Made by a program: the position numbers and the translations under genes. This document shows positions 52,621 to 62,397 of a stretch of DNA of 64,000 nt, in pieces. The DNA lies in the NCBI GenBank assembly GCA_025451045.1, contig JANWLD010000001.1, positions 471,468-535,467 on the forward strand. The letters run 5' to 3'. Each line of letters starts with the position of its first letter. The first letter of the stretch is position 1. This stretch comes from Candidatus Saccharimonadales bacterium (GTDB lineage: Bacteria > Patescibacteriota > Saccharimonadia > Saccharimonadales > 2-12-FULL-41-12). The notes beneath the pieces are model-generated. The model was not told the DNA's origin. It made no database searches and saw nothing but the letters and a program-made list of their open reading frames with translations.

Positions 52621-53082
52621 ATGGCAGACGAAGAAGTAAAAACTGAAGAAAAAAAGGCCGAAGAGCCGAAAAAGGACTCTGCGAAAGTAGAAGTTCCAAA
52701 AGAATTCGCAGATATTACCAAGCAGCTTGACAAGATGAGCGCGTTGGAAATCAGCAAATTCGTAAAGTTTTTAGAAGAATATTGGGGTGTCAGTGCCGCA
52801 GCTCCTGCTGCAGCGGTTGCCGCAGCTCCTGCTGGCGGCGGTGAAGGCGAAGGCGCGGCTGAGGAAGCCAAGAATGAATATGACATCAACCTGAAAGATG
52901 CCGGCGCCCAAAAAGTCGCGGTTATCAAGGCTGTTAAAGATATCACCGGTCTAGGATTGGGTGAGGCCAAAGCCATGGTTGATGGCGCGCCAAAGGTAAT
53001 CAAAGAAAAAGCACCAAAAGATGAAGCCGAAGCAGCCAAGAAGACCTTGGAAGAAGCCGGTGCTACGGTAGAACTTTCTTAA
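52621..53082 (+). CDS. rplL: 50S ribosomal protein L7/L12 with charged N-terminal extension
   Basis: The C-terminal domain [32 protein letters not shown]... and an Ala/Gly hinge are canonical. Confidence 0.95.
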   Translation: MADEEVKTEEKKAEEPKKDSAKVEVPKEFADITKQLDKMSALEISKFVKFLEEYWGVSAAAPAAAVAAAPAGGGEGEGAAEEAKNEYDINLKDAGAQKVAVIKAVKDITGLGLGEAKAMVDGAPKVIKEKAPKDEAEAAKKTLEEAGATVELS

Positions 53083-53221
53083 GATTTAAAATATTGTTTA
53101 TTTTTCCACAGAATTTAGTGTTGACACTTTGACTTCTATGGTCTAAAGGTGCTACTGTAACCACAGTAAGTGGGGATAAAAAACGAAGTAAAATAGAGGC
53201 CCAGAAACAAACGGTAAAGAA

Positions 53222-53731
53222 ATGGCGGACGTACCTGACAAACAAGTAAAAAGATTGCGTTCCTTGATATCCGAGGCTGAGACAAGCTTGGCAGCGGCAA
53301 AGGAGCTTATATTGAGTTTGCTCGGCGATGACGTCGAAGCTACTACCGCTACGGTAGAAGAAAACATCGGCAAGATTATCGAAGGAGTTTTCGACGGGCA
53401 GAATATGGTCGGCAGTGACGGCAAGACATATCCCGTACCGGCTAACTACGCCAGTAAATCCAAGCTTGTTCAGGGCGATATCTTGAAATTGACCATTGCC
53501 GATGACGGAACCTTTCTTTACAAGCAGATCGGGCCGATACCGCGCAAACAAGTGGTTGGCAAGCTGGAACTTCAAGAAGGACACTATTTTGTCAAAGTAG
53601 CCGATAAGCAGTACAGAGTGCTTTTGGCCAGTGTTACTTATTTCAAGGCCAAGCCCGGCGATCAAGTTAGCGTCAACGTGCCCCAAGATGACAAAGACGC
53701 CGAGTGGGCCGCGCTGGAAGCCGCTTTATAA
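53222..53731 (+). CDS. Hypothetical protein (169 aa) downstream of rplL
   Basis: A same-strand ORF with non-repetitive, protein-like composition. The Shine-Dalgarno is weak and no family was recognised. It is preferred over the antisense ORF at 53063-53686. Confidence 0.6.
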   Translation: MADVPDKQVKRLRSLISEAETSLAAAKELILSLLGDDVEATTATVEENIGKIIEGVFDGQNMVGSDGKTYPVPANYASKSKLVQGDILKLTIADDGTFLYKQIGPIPRKQVVGKLELQEGHYFVKVADKQYRVLLASVTYFKAKPGDQVSVNVPQDDKDAEWAALEAAL

Positions 53732-53777
53732 CCTTTTTACAACAGCGTAAAAATACTAAAAGTTTATAATAGGTTCT

Positions 53778-55169
53778 ATGTCATCAGGGACCCTGTATAG
53801 GAAATACCGTTCAAAAACTTTCGCTGAGGTTATCGGCCAGGAACATATAACTACTACTCTTGAAAATTCTATAAAAAACAGTTCGTTTGCCCACGCTTAT
53901 CTTTTGACAGGCCCGCGCGGGGTCGGCAAAACTTCCGTGGCCCGCTTGTTCGCTTACGCTATTAACAATATAAGCTACGAAGATGGCGGGCAGACCTATA
54001 GCGATATTATAGAAATTGACGCGGCTTCTAACCGCCGTATTGACGAAATTCGTGAACTCAGGGAAAAAGTAGCCATCGCGCCATCGGCGCTGAAGTACAA
54101 AGTTTATATCATAGACGAAGTTCACATGCTGACCAAAGAAGCTTTCAACGCGCTGCTTAAGACGCTCGAAGAACCCCCGGAATATGTCGTTTTTGTTTTG
54201 GCTACCACCGATTTCCATAAAGTACCGGATACTATAACCAGCCGCTGCGTTAGATTCGCGTTTTCTTCGATAACCAAGGAAAGCATAAAGAAACACTTAA
54301 CTGGAATTGCCAACAAAGAAAAAATAGACATAGACCCGGAAGCGCTTGATATTATCGCTGATAATTCCGACGGTAGCTTTCGCGATGCTATTTCGCTTTT
54401 AGACCAGTTTAAAAACAGCGGTAAAAAAATCAAAGCTGATTATGTTGCCAAAGTCCTGGGCTTAAGTCCAAAAAAAGAAATTGCCGCCTTGATAAAACAC
54501 GTTGAAAATTCACAAGCCAAAAAAATTGTCGAAAGCTTGGCTGGGCTAAAGCAGGGCGGCGCAAATGACGACCAGATAGTAAAACAGCTTATTAACTATC
54601 TGCGACTATGCTTATTAAATGAGGAAAAAACTGTACTTGATAGGCCTACGATACTTAGCTTGATAGAAAATCTGCTTAAAATCGATAGTTATTCGAATAC
54701 TGCGCTTGCGACAGAAATCATCCTGATAGAAGCTTGTAAATACGAGCAACCCGCCAAGAATGATTCAATAAAAATCTCTGCTCAAGACAAAACAGATGAT
54801 ATTATCCTAGACCCACAAAAGACAAAAACAACAAAACCCGCGAAAGCCGTGCCAAAAGACGATTTTTGGCAGTCAGTGCTGGAAAACTTGAAGGAAAACA
54901 ACAATACGTTGTACGCGATTGCCCGTATGGCTGACGCTAAAATTGACGGTGATAGCTTGGAACTTTATTTTAAATTTCCCTTCCACTATAAACAAATGAA
55001 ACTAGAGAAGAACTTCCTGCAGATGGAAAAAAGCGTCAAATCTTTGGATAGCAAAATTGCCAAGTTGACAATCCATCTAAACGCGTCCGGCGAAGCCCCT
55101 GAAAGCTCCGAGGACTCAATAAACAGCATAAGCAATATTTTCGGGCCCAGTGAAGTGTTAGAATCTTAA
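53778..55169 (+). CDS. dnaX: DNA polymerase III subunit gamma/tau
   Basis: GPRGVGKTS Walker A motif, DEVHML, the SRC motif (TSRCVRF), and AAA+ clamp-loader layout. Confidence 0.93.
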   Translation: MSSGTLYRKYRSKTFAEVIGQEHITTTLENSIKNSSFAHAYLLTGPRGVGKTSVARLFAYAINNISYEDGGQTYSDIIEIDAASNRRIDEIRELREKVAIAPSALKYKVYIIDEVHMLTKEAFNALLKTLEEPPEYVVFVLATTDFHKVPDTITSRCVRFAFSSITKESIKKHLTGIANKEKIDIDPEALDIIADNSDGSFRDAISLLDQFKNSGKKIKADYVAKVLGLSPKKEIAALIKHVENSQAKKIVESLAGLKQGGANDDQIVKQLINYLRLCLLNEEKTVLDRPTILSLIENLLKIDSYSNTALATEIILIEACKYEQPAKNDSIKISAQDKTDDIILDPQKTKTTKPAKAVPKDDFWQSVLENLKENNNTLYAIARMADAKIDGDSLELYFKFPFHYKQMKLEKNFLQMEKSVKSLDSKIAKLTIHLNASGEAPESSEDSINSISNIFGPSEVLES

Positions 55170-55177
55170 AGTACGAA

Positions 55178-56545
55178 ATGGCCACACCCAACGACCCGAA
55201 AATACCACCTCAAAATACTGATGCCGAAGCAAGTTTGCTCGGCTCGATATTGATTGACAGCGACGCGATTGTCAAAGTCGCCGATATTATAAATGAAAAT
55301 GATTTTTATGATGAACGCCACCAAGAAATCTACAAAGCTCTTAAGACGCTTTATGCCAACCACAGCCCGATAGATGTCTTGACGCTGTCCAACCAGCTGA
55401 AAAACAGCGACAGTCTCAAATCGGTCGGCGGAGCCGAATACCTTACTGAACTTACTAATTTTGTTCCATCGGCCGCCCACGCCGTGGAATACGCCCAAAT
55501 TGTTTCATCTAAAGCTATACGGCGGCGGATAATTAAGGCTAGCCAGGAGATTATAGAGCTAGGTTTTTATGAAGACGATTCTATCCAGAGCCTGATTGAA
55601 ACGGCTGAGAGCAAGCTATTTAATGTCAGCTCCGATCACATTAAACAGGATGTAGTCAGCTTGGAGAATATATTAAGCGAAAGTTTCGAGCGGCTTGATG
55701 AACTCCATAAAGACAAAGGCACTATCCGCGGTATTCCGACCGGCTTTAAAGATTTGGATAATATACTTGCCGGCTTTCAACGCAGCGATTTATTTATTTT
55801 GGCGGCTCGTCCAAGCATGGGCAAAACCGCGCTATCGCTTAACCTCGCCCATAACGTCGCTGTTAAATCATCCCAGCCAGTGCTGTTGTTTAGCTTAGAG
55901 ATGAGCAAGGAACAGCTGGTTGACCGCCTGTTGGCCGCGGAAGCTGGCGTTGACGCGTGGAATTTGCGAACCGGTAATCTCGCGGATGCGGATTTTGAAA
56001 AAATCGGGCATGCAATGGGCACGCTTAGCGAAGCGCCAATTTACATTGACGACAGTCCCGGAATAACGGTCAGCGATCTCAGGACCAAAGCCCGCCGGGA
56101 AGCCCATAAACGGCCGCTTGGCTTGGTTATTGTCGACTATCTTCAGCTAATGAGCGGCGGCACCCGGTTCTCCGGCGATAGCGGCAACCGCGTGCAGGAA
56201 ATTTCGGAAATTTCCCGCGGCCTCAAAGGGATTGCCCGCGAACTTAACGTTCCGTTGTTAGCCATTTCCCAGCTTAGCCGTTCTGTAGAAAGCCGCCACC
56301 CGCAGATACCGCAATTAGCCGATTTGCGTGAATCAGGCTCTATTGAACAAGATGCTGATGTCGTAGCCTTTATGTACCGCGAAGAATATTACAATCCCGA
56401 AACGGAGAATAAGAAAAATATCGCGGAAATTTTTATTAAAAAACACCGAAACGGGCCAACGGGAGCCATAGAACTTATTTTTGACCGGCAAAAGCAACGA
56501 TTTAGAAGTATTGATAGGAAACACTCGACGCCTTTTGATGCATAA
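55178..56545 (+). CDS. dnaB: Replicative DNA helicase
   Basis: PPQNTDAEASLLGSIL at the N-terminus, the Walker A motif ARPSMGKTA, and SQLSR. Confidence 0.95.
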   Translation: MATPNDPKIPPQNTDAEASLLGSILIDSDAIVKVADIINENDFYDERHQEIYKALKTLYANHSPIDVLTLSNQLKNSDSLKSVGGAEYLTELTNFVPSAAHAVEYAQIVSSKAIRRRIIKASQEIIELGFYEDDSIQSLIETAESKLFNVSSDHIKQDVVSLENILSESFERLDELHKDKGTIRGIPTGFKDLDNILAGFQRSDLFILAARPSMGKTALSLNLAHNVAVKSSQPVLLFSLEMSKEQLVDRLLAAEAGVDAWNLRTGNLADADFEKIGHAMGTLSEAPIYIDDSPGITVSDLRTKARREAHKRPLGLVIVDYLQLMSGGTRFSGDSGNRVQEISEISRGLKGIARELNVPLLAISQLSRSVESRHPQIPQLADLRESGSIEQDADVVAFMYREEYYNPETENKKNIAEIFIKKHRNGPTGAIELIFDRQKQRFRSIDRKHSTPFDA

Positions 56546-56581
56546 GCCAAGCCAAAGTTCTGATACAATAAATTAATATTT

Positions 56582-57958
56582 ATGACTAAAAATCAAAAAA
56601 AACCGACAGTTTTAAGTATGGGCGGCGTACTGCCAAAAAAATCCAAATTACCCCATACGCCAACAAAAACTATTGTCGAGTCCCAAGATGTTAGACCGAC
56701 CCGATTAAAAAGGCCAAACCTGCGCGAACATACAAAAACCGGTACCCAGATTCTCAAAAACCTATCAAGAAAACCCAAACGCGGTTTTAAATTTAAGATT
56801 TCCTCGACGCTGTCATATATAAAGGACCGGATTTTTTATATCCTGATACCGCTTTTTATTGCGGGGCTTTATCTATTTAATATTAATCATTTCCCGCCTT
56901 TTCGACCTTCGGATGCCGCAGTTGACTATAATTCGCTCTCTGACATTACCTCAGTGCTGTTTTTGCCGGTTAAAGTTTGTCTGTTCTTGCTTTACAAGCT
57001 TCATAGTGACTTCCAAATGAATACCCGATTGCTGTCCGCGGCTTTGATGCTTATATCGGTCTTTTGTTTTTACAAACTGCTAAGTTCTTGGGTCAGTTGG
57101 CGAATGTCGGTTCTTGCTACATTGCTTTATTCCACTTCAAGCTGGGCGTTGTTTCAAGTTAGACAAGATGAAAGCTCGGCTTTTATGCTCGCGTTTATCC
57201 CTGTTTTGCTTTATTTAGGCCAGTGGTTTATTCGCACTGATTCAAGAATTGCCAGGATTTTTATTGCTATCGCGCTAGTCCAATTTATCTTTATCCCCGG
57301 TGCTATCTGGTTTCTGCTGGTTTCGGTAATATTAGGCGCTATTTATTTTGGCAAAAACCTGCCAGTTGGCATTTTTATACTGCCTTTGCTGGCAGTGTCG
57401 GCAACTCTTGCCGGATACGCCTGGTTGATATATGTATTATCACTAGACAGTATTTCACTGTTTGCCAAAACAGCCGGCCTTGGAATCGGTGGTTTACCCT
57501 CGTTAAGCATTATTAAGGCTAATATCGTTGAGCTACCCAGCCAGCTATTTTATGGAGGGCTGAATGACAGTTCGATGTGGCTGCCGACAACCCCAATAAT
57601 CGACTGGGTATCGGCAGTTTTTCTGCTGGCTGGCTTTGTTTATCTTTATAGATCAGTCGTAAACCCCGTTAGAAAAACAATCATGTCCTTGTTTTTCCTA
57701 TTGGCGCTTGTACTTATTTTTATCAACGGGGCACTGTACATCTCGCTGTTATTGCCGTTGGTTTATATTATGATGGCCCTGGGAATCACCTATCTGACAG
57801 ATCGATGGCTATCGATATTTCCTAACAACCCGTTAGCCCGAGCATTTGGCCTGGCTTTAGTTTTTGCAATTGTGTTTTTAGTCTGTGCTTACCATGTCGA
57901 AAGATATTTTATCGGCTGGCCAAAAACCGATGACTACCACCAAATATACAAAAGTTAA
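56582..57958 (+). CDS. Polytopic membrane protein (possible GT-C-type glycosyltransferase) with basic N-terminal region
   Basis: 458 aa with about 10 hydrophobic helices. The family call is tentative. Confidence 0.75.
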   Translation: MTKNQKKPTVLSMGGVLPKKSKLPHTPTKTIVESQDVRPTRLKRPNLREHTKTGTQILKNLSRKPKRGFKFKISSTLSYIKDRIFYILIPLFIAGLYLFNINHFPPFRPSDAAVDYNSLSDITSVLFLPVKVCLFLLYKLHSDFQMNTRLLSAALMLISVFCFYKLLSSWVSWRMSVLATLLYSTSSWALFQVRQDESSAFMLAFIPVLLYLGQWFIRTDSRIARIFIAIALVQFIFIPGAIWFLLVSVILGAIYFGKNLPVGIFILPLLAVSATLAGYAWLIYVLSLDSISLFAKTAGLGIGGLPSLSIIKANIVELPSQLFYGGLNDSSMWLPTTPIIDWVSAVFLLAGFVYLYRSVVNPVRKTIMSLFFLLALVLIFINGALYISLLLPLVYIMMALGITYLTDRWLSIFPNNPLARAFGLALVFAIVFLVCAYHVERYFIGWPKTDDYHQIYKS

Positions 57959-57990
57959 TCTGTTACAATTAAAGGCGTAAAGGAGACAAT

Positions 57991-58284
57991 ATGAACAGAT
58001 TTGATCAAGCTAAAATGCTGATGAAGGTTAAAAAAATGCAAAAAGAATTGCAGAAAGAAATTATTACTGTTTCAGCAGGCGATGAAGCCGTGACAGTCGA
58101 GATTAATGGCGAACAGAAAATCAAAAAGATACATATTAACCCGGACAAAGTCGACTTGGATGATATAGGCGAGCTTGAGAAGTGGGTGGAAGAAGCCGTG
58201 AAAAACGCTATTTCCAAAAGCCAAAAATACGCGGCCGAAAAGATGCAGCCGATGATGGGCATGTTGGGAAACCTGGGACTCTAA
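57991..58284 (+). CDS. ybaB: YbaB/EbfC nucleoid-associated protein
   Basis: 97 aa with a YbaB-like pattern (MQKELQKE...VTVEINGEQKIKKIHINP). Confidence 0.88.
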   Translation: MNRFDQAKMLMKVKKMQKELQKEIITVSAGDEAVTVEINGEQKIKKIHINPDKVDLDDIGELEKWVEEAVKNAISKSQKYAAEKMQPMMGMLGNLGL

Positions 58285-58307
58285 ACTGTCGGAGATAACC
58301 CGCTAAC

Positions 58308-58907
58308 ATGCTTCCTAAAGCCTTGACCAATCTAGTTGACGCACTTTCACAGCTACCCGGAGTAGGGCCGCGCACAGCTGAGCGCTACGCGTATTATCTG
58401 TTCAAAACCCAGAAAAAAGCGGCTTCGGATATTGTCGAAGCGCTCTCAGGGCTCAAGGAAGGTATTACCGTCTGCCCGGTTACTTACGAATTAATATCTA
58501 GTGATCGAAAATTATCGCCGATTTATGATGATAAAAATCGGGACAAAACAACCGTAGCCATAGTAGAAGATATGTTTGATGTAGTTGCGCTGGAACAGAC
58601 CAAGGCATATTCGGGCACGTACCATGTACTGGGCGGATTGATTTCGCCGATAGACAACATGACGCCTGAAATGCTACATATCCCAGAGCTCGTAAAAAGG
58701 GTTATCGCGGACAAGGTCAAAGAAATTATTATCGCGACTAATGCCACCATTGAAGGAGAATCAACCGCGCACTACATTCAAAAACAGTTGGAAGGCAAAA
58801 AAATTAAAATTACCCGGCTGGCCCAAGGATTGCCGATAGGCTTGGATATCGAATATGCCGACCAGATAACTCTATCCCGGGCACTAGAAGGCAGAAGGGC
58901 CGTATGA
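58308..58907 (+). CDS. recR: Recombination protein RecR (zinc-finger cysteines largely absent)
   Basis: An HhH N-terminus (LSQLPGVGPRTAERYAY) and a Toprim region (VAIVEDMFDVVALE). Only one Cys remains where the C4 finger normally sits. Confidence 0.9.
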   Translation: MLPKALTNLVDALSQLPGVGPRTAERYAYYLFKTQKKAASDIVEALSGLKEGITVCPVTYELISSDRKLSPIYDDKNRDKTTVAIVEDMFDVVALEQTKAYSGTYHVLGGLISPIDNMTPEMLHIPELVKRVIADKVKEIIIATNATIEGESTAHYIQKQLEGKKIKITRLAQGLPIGLDIEYADQITLSRALEGRRAV

Positions 58908-59902
58908 AAACACTCCAATCATTAATTAATGAAGCCAAGAAGATAGTCGTTTTGCAGGCTGACAATCCGGATGGCGACAGTTTGGCTTCGTCTTTGGCTT
59001 TGGAGGCGATTTTGTCCGATATGGACAAAGACGTAATCCTTTATTGCGGCGTGGATATGCCGGGATATTTACGCTATATGAAAGGCTCAGACCGGGTGGT
59101 CAAGATTCTGCCGAAGACTTTTGACTTGTCAATAATCGTTGATACCAGCTCGCTCTTACTACTGGAAACTTTGCAAAAATCAAATGAGCTCGGCTGGCTC
59201 AAAACTAAACCATGCATCATCATCGACCATCATGCTACGGAAAGTACTATAGACTTCGCGGCTGTTGAGCACATCAAACCGGCCGTGTCGACCGGGGAGT
59301 TGATTTACGATTTGTGCAAAGATAACGATTGGCCGCTGCCCTTGGACGCGGCTGAACATATCGCCAGTTCAATCATGAGCGATAGCCTCGGGTTCATCAG
59401 TGAAAGCACGTCTGCTGACAGCATGCGGATAATTGCCGAATTGATGGATAAGGGCGTAAGCCTGGCCAAGCTTGATGCCGCGCGCCGTGAGTATCAGAAA
59501 AAACAGCCGGAGTTACTCACCTACAAGTCTGAATTATTGAAAAGAGTAAAATATTCCGAAGACAAAGCGGTGGCTTACATAACTATACCTTGGAAAGAAA
59601 TCGAAAAATACAGCCCGCTTTATAATCCCTCGATGCTGGTAATTGACGAAATGCGGCAGGTAATAGGCGTAAAGGTAGCAGTCGCGCTTAAAAGCTATCC
59701 GGACGGCAGAGTTACAGCCAAGCTAAGAGCAAATTATGGCTTTCCAGTTTGCGACAAAGCGGCAGAACAATTCGGCGGTGGCGGACATCCTTATGCCAGC
59801 GGCTTTAGGGTAACCGACGGTTCATCGACAGATGATGTATTGGCTAAATGCCTGCAGGCTATTTCCGATGAATTGGCCAAAGCCAAAAAGGATAATCAGT
59901 GA
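58904..59902 (+). CDS. DHH/DHHA1 phosphoesterase (NrnA-like oligoribonuclease/pAp phosphatase)
   Basis: DNPDGDSLASSLAL, IIIDHH and the GGGHPYASG motifs are present. Confidence 0.85.
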   Translation: MKTLQSLINEAKKIVVLQADNPDGDSLASSLALEAILSDMDKDVILYCGVDMPGYLRYMKGSDRVVKILPKTFDLSIIVDTSSLLLLETLQKSNELGWLKTKPCIIIDHHATESTIDFAAVEHIKPAVSTGELIYDLCKDNDWPLPLDAAEHIASSIMSDSLGFISESTSADSMRIIAELMDKGVSLAKLDAARREYQKKQPELLTYKSELLKRVKYSEDKAVAYITIPWKEIEKYSPLYNPSMLVIDEMRQVIGVKVAVALKSYPDGRVTAKLRANYGFPVCDKAAEQFGGGGHPYASGFRVTDGSSTDDVLAKCLQAISDELAKAKKDNQ

Positions 59903-61272
59903 AACTCTATAATAGTTTGGCCAAAAAGATAGAAGAGTTTAAGCCAGTCAAAGACGGTTTTATTAGCATTTACACCTGTGGGCCGACAGTGTATGAACGG
60001 GCGCACATAGGCAATCTGGCTTCATTTATCTATGTCGATACACTGCGACGAGCGCTATCGGCTGCGTTTCCAAATTCAAAGATTAAGCACGTTATGAATA
60101 TAACTGACGTAGACGACAAAACCATCAAACGAAGCCAGGAAGAATATCCTAGCTTAGAACCAATGGCAGCGCTGAAAAAGCACACTAAACACTACGAAGA
60201 CTTATTTATGCAGGACATGCAGGCAGTAGGCGTTGATTTGGAAGATATAAAATTTGTCCGGGCTACTGAATATGTCTCACAAATACAACAATTAATCCAG
60301 CAGCTACTCGACGTAGGCGTGGCCTACGTTTCCGATGATGGTATTTACTTTTCAATTGCTGAGTATAAAAAATCCGGAAAAACCTACGGACAATTAGTAG
60401 AGATTACAGTCGAGAGTATTGGCGAATCGCGGATTGACAACGACCAGTATGATAAAGATAATGCGCATGATTTTGTGCTATGGAAAAAACAAAAAACCGG
60501 TGAGCCTGCCTGGGACTTTGACATAAACGGCCAAAATATAGTTGGCAGGCCGGGTTGGCATATAGAGTGCTCGGCAATGAGTACGGGTGAGTTGGGTCAG
60601 CCCTTTGATGTCCATACCGGCGGTGTTGACCTAAAATTTCCGCATCACGAGAACGAGATAGCCCAAAGTACCGCCGCAGCCAACAAAGAGCATCTAGCCA
60701 AATTCTTCATCCACAACGAACACATACTGGTGGATGGCAAAAAAATGGCTAAGTCAGAAAACAATTTTTACACTTTAGAAGACATTAAGAAAAAAGGCTT
60801 TGACCCCTTAGCTTTCCGTTTAATGGTACTTCAGTCGCACTATCGTAGCCAGATGCATTTTAGCTGGGAGAACCTTGAAGCCGCCCAAAACCGCCTAAAC
60901 TATTTGAGGGCATGGGCCGACTTATCATATCAGCATGATGTCATACGACAGATTATGTCGGCATCAGCCCAGGACTACGCTAGTGAAACCAACGACGACC
61001 TTAGAGCTTATAACATTTTTCTACTAATTGAATCTAATGCTGATAAAGCGCCGAAAGTTGAGCTGTTGCATAAAGCAGACGCATTGTTGAGCTTAGGACT
61101 TTCTGGCAGCACGGACATCACTGACGCGCAAAAGAAACTTATAAATGAACGCGAGAAAGCCAGGGATAGCCAAGATTGGACCCACTCTGATGAGCTCCGC
61201 GATGTTTTGAAAAACCAAGGCATAGGTATTAAAGACACTGATAATGGCACTATCTGGTTCAGGACTGTCTAG
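59899..61272 (+). CDS. cysS: Cysteine--tRNA ligase
   Basis: CGPTVYERAHIGN (HIGH-type), KMAKS, and WHIECSAM. Confidence 0.93.
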   Translation: MKLYNSLAKKIEEFKPVKDGFISIYTCGPTVYERAHIGNLASFIYVDTLRRALSAAFPNSKIKHVMNITDVDDKTIKRSQEEYPSLEPMAALKKHTKHYEDLFMQDMQAVGVDLEDIKFVRATEYVSQIQQLIQQLLDVGVAYVSDDGIYFSIAEYKKSGKTYGQLVEITVESIGESRIDNDQYDKDNAHDFVLWKKQKTGEPAWDFDINGQNIVGRPGWHIECSAMSTGELGQPFDVHTGGVDLKFPHHENEIAQSTAAANKEHLAKFFIHNEHILVDGKKMAKSENNFYTLEDIKKKGFDPLAFRLMVLQSHYRSQMHFSWENLEAAQNRLNYLRAWADLSYQHDVIRQIMSASAQDYASETNDDLRAYNIFLLIESNADKAPKVELLHKADALLSLGLSGSTDITDAQKKLINEREKARDSQDWTHSDELRDVLKNQGIGIKDTDNGTIWFRTV

Positions 61273-62351
61273 TTATCGGTTTTAGCCGCGCGGTTTGAAT
61301 AATAGTTCGATAACAGTATTCTTATACAGCCGGCTACCGGGATAGCGACAAACGCTCCCATAATACCGCCCAAGCTAGCGCCTATTAGTGCCGCTACAAA
61401 GACCGTCAAAGGCGTTAAACTGTTAGTTTTTGATTGTACGTAAGGTTGAATGGTGAGATTTTCAACTTGCTGGTAGACGACAAAAAATATGCCCATGGTA
61501 ATCGCCAGAGGCAGTGATACCAAAAGACAGGCCAACACCACGATTACCGCGCCTATAGTGGCTCCAATAAGAGGCAGCAAGCCGAATAACATGATAATGC
61601 CGGCCAAAGCTACGGCGTTTATGGATACGTTGAATATATTGCTTGCCACAAGCAGGCCTATTAATGCGAAGAAGCCGGCAATGAAGGCCACTATGACCTG
61701 GCCGTTTACATAATTCGTAACAACCCTATACATTTTTTTTGCCAGTTCTTTGCGCGGATGCCTTTTGTCCTTCGGTTGGATAGCGATGATTTTATCAAAC
61801 CAAGCCGGACCTTCGATAAGCATCATAAAAGTCAGTACCAGTACCGTGATGGTAGAAATAACCGCTGTTCCTACGGCTCCGGCTGTTGAAAGAACCGGCT
61901 GGCCGACATCTTTGAATTTATTGCTAAAATCCTCTGTCAGGCTATCAACCTGATCATTAAGGTGGTTTCGGTCAATAAAGCGGCTAAATGCTGAGTCATC
62001 GGCCGTAAAATTCTGTACGGTCTGCGGCACGTCCTTAATAAAATCAGCTGTCTGCCTTACCAGCGGTGGAATTACCAAAGCAAAAAATGTAATTAGAAGC
62101 GTCAATACTATCACGTATGCGATACCGGTAGCGCGTACCCGGCTGCCGCTTTTTAACTGCTTGGATATCCAGCTAACAGCAGGGTTAAGGGCAAGCGCCA
62201 AGAAAAAGGCTATGAAGATAAGAATAAGCGCTGATGATATGGCTTTTATTAAACCTATCAGGATAATGGCTAAGAAAACTATAACTATCGTCCGGACAAT
62301 CGTACGCGAATCAACGCTAATTCTGACGTGTTTGTCTTTGTCTCCGTTCAT
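61269..62351 (-). CDS. AI-2E family transporter (PerM/UPF0118)
   Basis: 360-aa polytopic protein with typical family sequence features. It is convergent with cysS, overlapping it by 4 nt. Confidence 0.85.
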   Translation of the reverse strand: MNGDKDKHVRISVDSRTIVRTIVIVFLAIILIGLIKAISSALILIFIAFFLALALNPAVSWISKQLKSGSRVRATGIAYVIVLTLLITFFALVIPPLVRQTADFIKDVPQTVQNFTADDSAFSRFIDRNHLNDQVDSLTEDFSNKFKDVGQPVLSTAGAVGTAVISTITVLVLTFMMLIEGPAWFDKIIAIQPKDKRHPRKELAKKMYRVVTNYVNGQVIVAFIAGFFALIGLLVASNIFNVSINAVALAGIIMLFGLLPLIGATIGAVIVVLACLLVSLPLAITMGIFFVVYQQVENLTIQPYVQSKTNSLTPLTVFVAALIGASLGGIMGAFVAIPVAGCIRILLSNYYSNRAAKTDN

Positions 62352-62397
62352 TTGTTAATATTTTGACCCATTGGTCTGATTAGTGCAAGTGGTGTGG

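Noticed and set aside
52509-53039. 176-aa minus-strand ORF over rplL
   Set aside because: It is antisense to L7/L12, and its Ala/Ser-rich sequence mirrors the Ala/Glu-rich L12 hinge.
54470-54476. A AAA AAA heptamer in the correct register for -1 frameshifting in dnaX (a gamma-subunit-like recoding site)
   Set aside because: The -1 frame does stop after about 10 codons. However, the site is at residue ~232 of 463, inside the clamp-loader domains, so the product would be truncated too early. No downstream stimulatory hairpin was seen.
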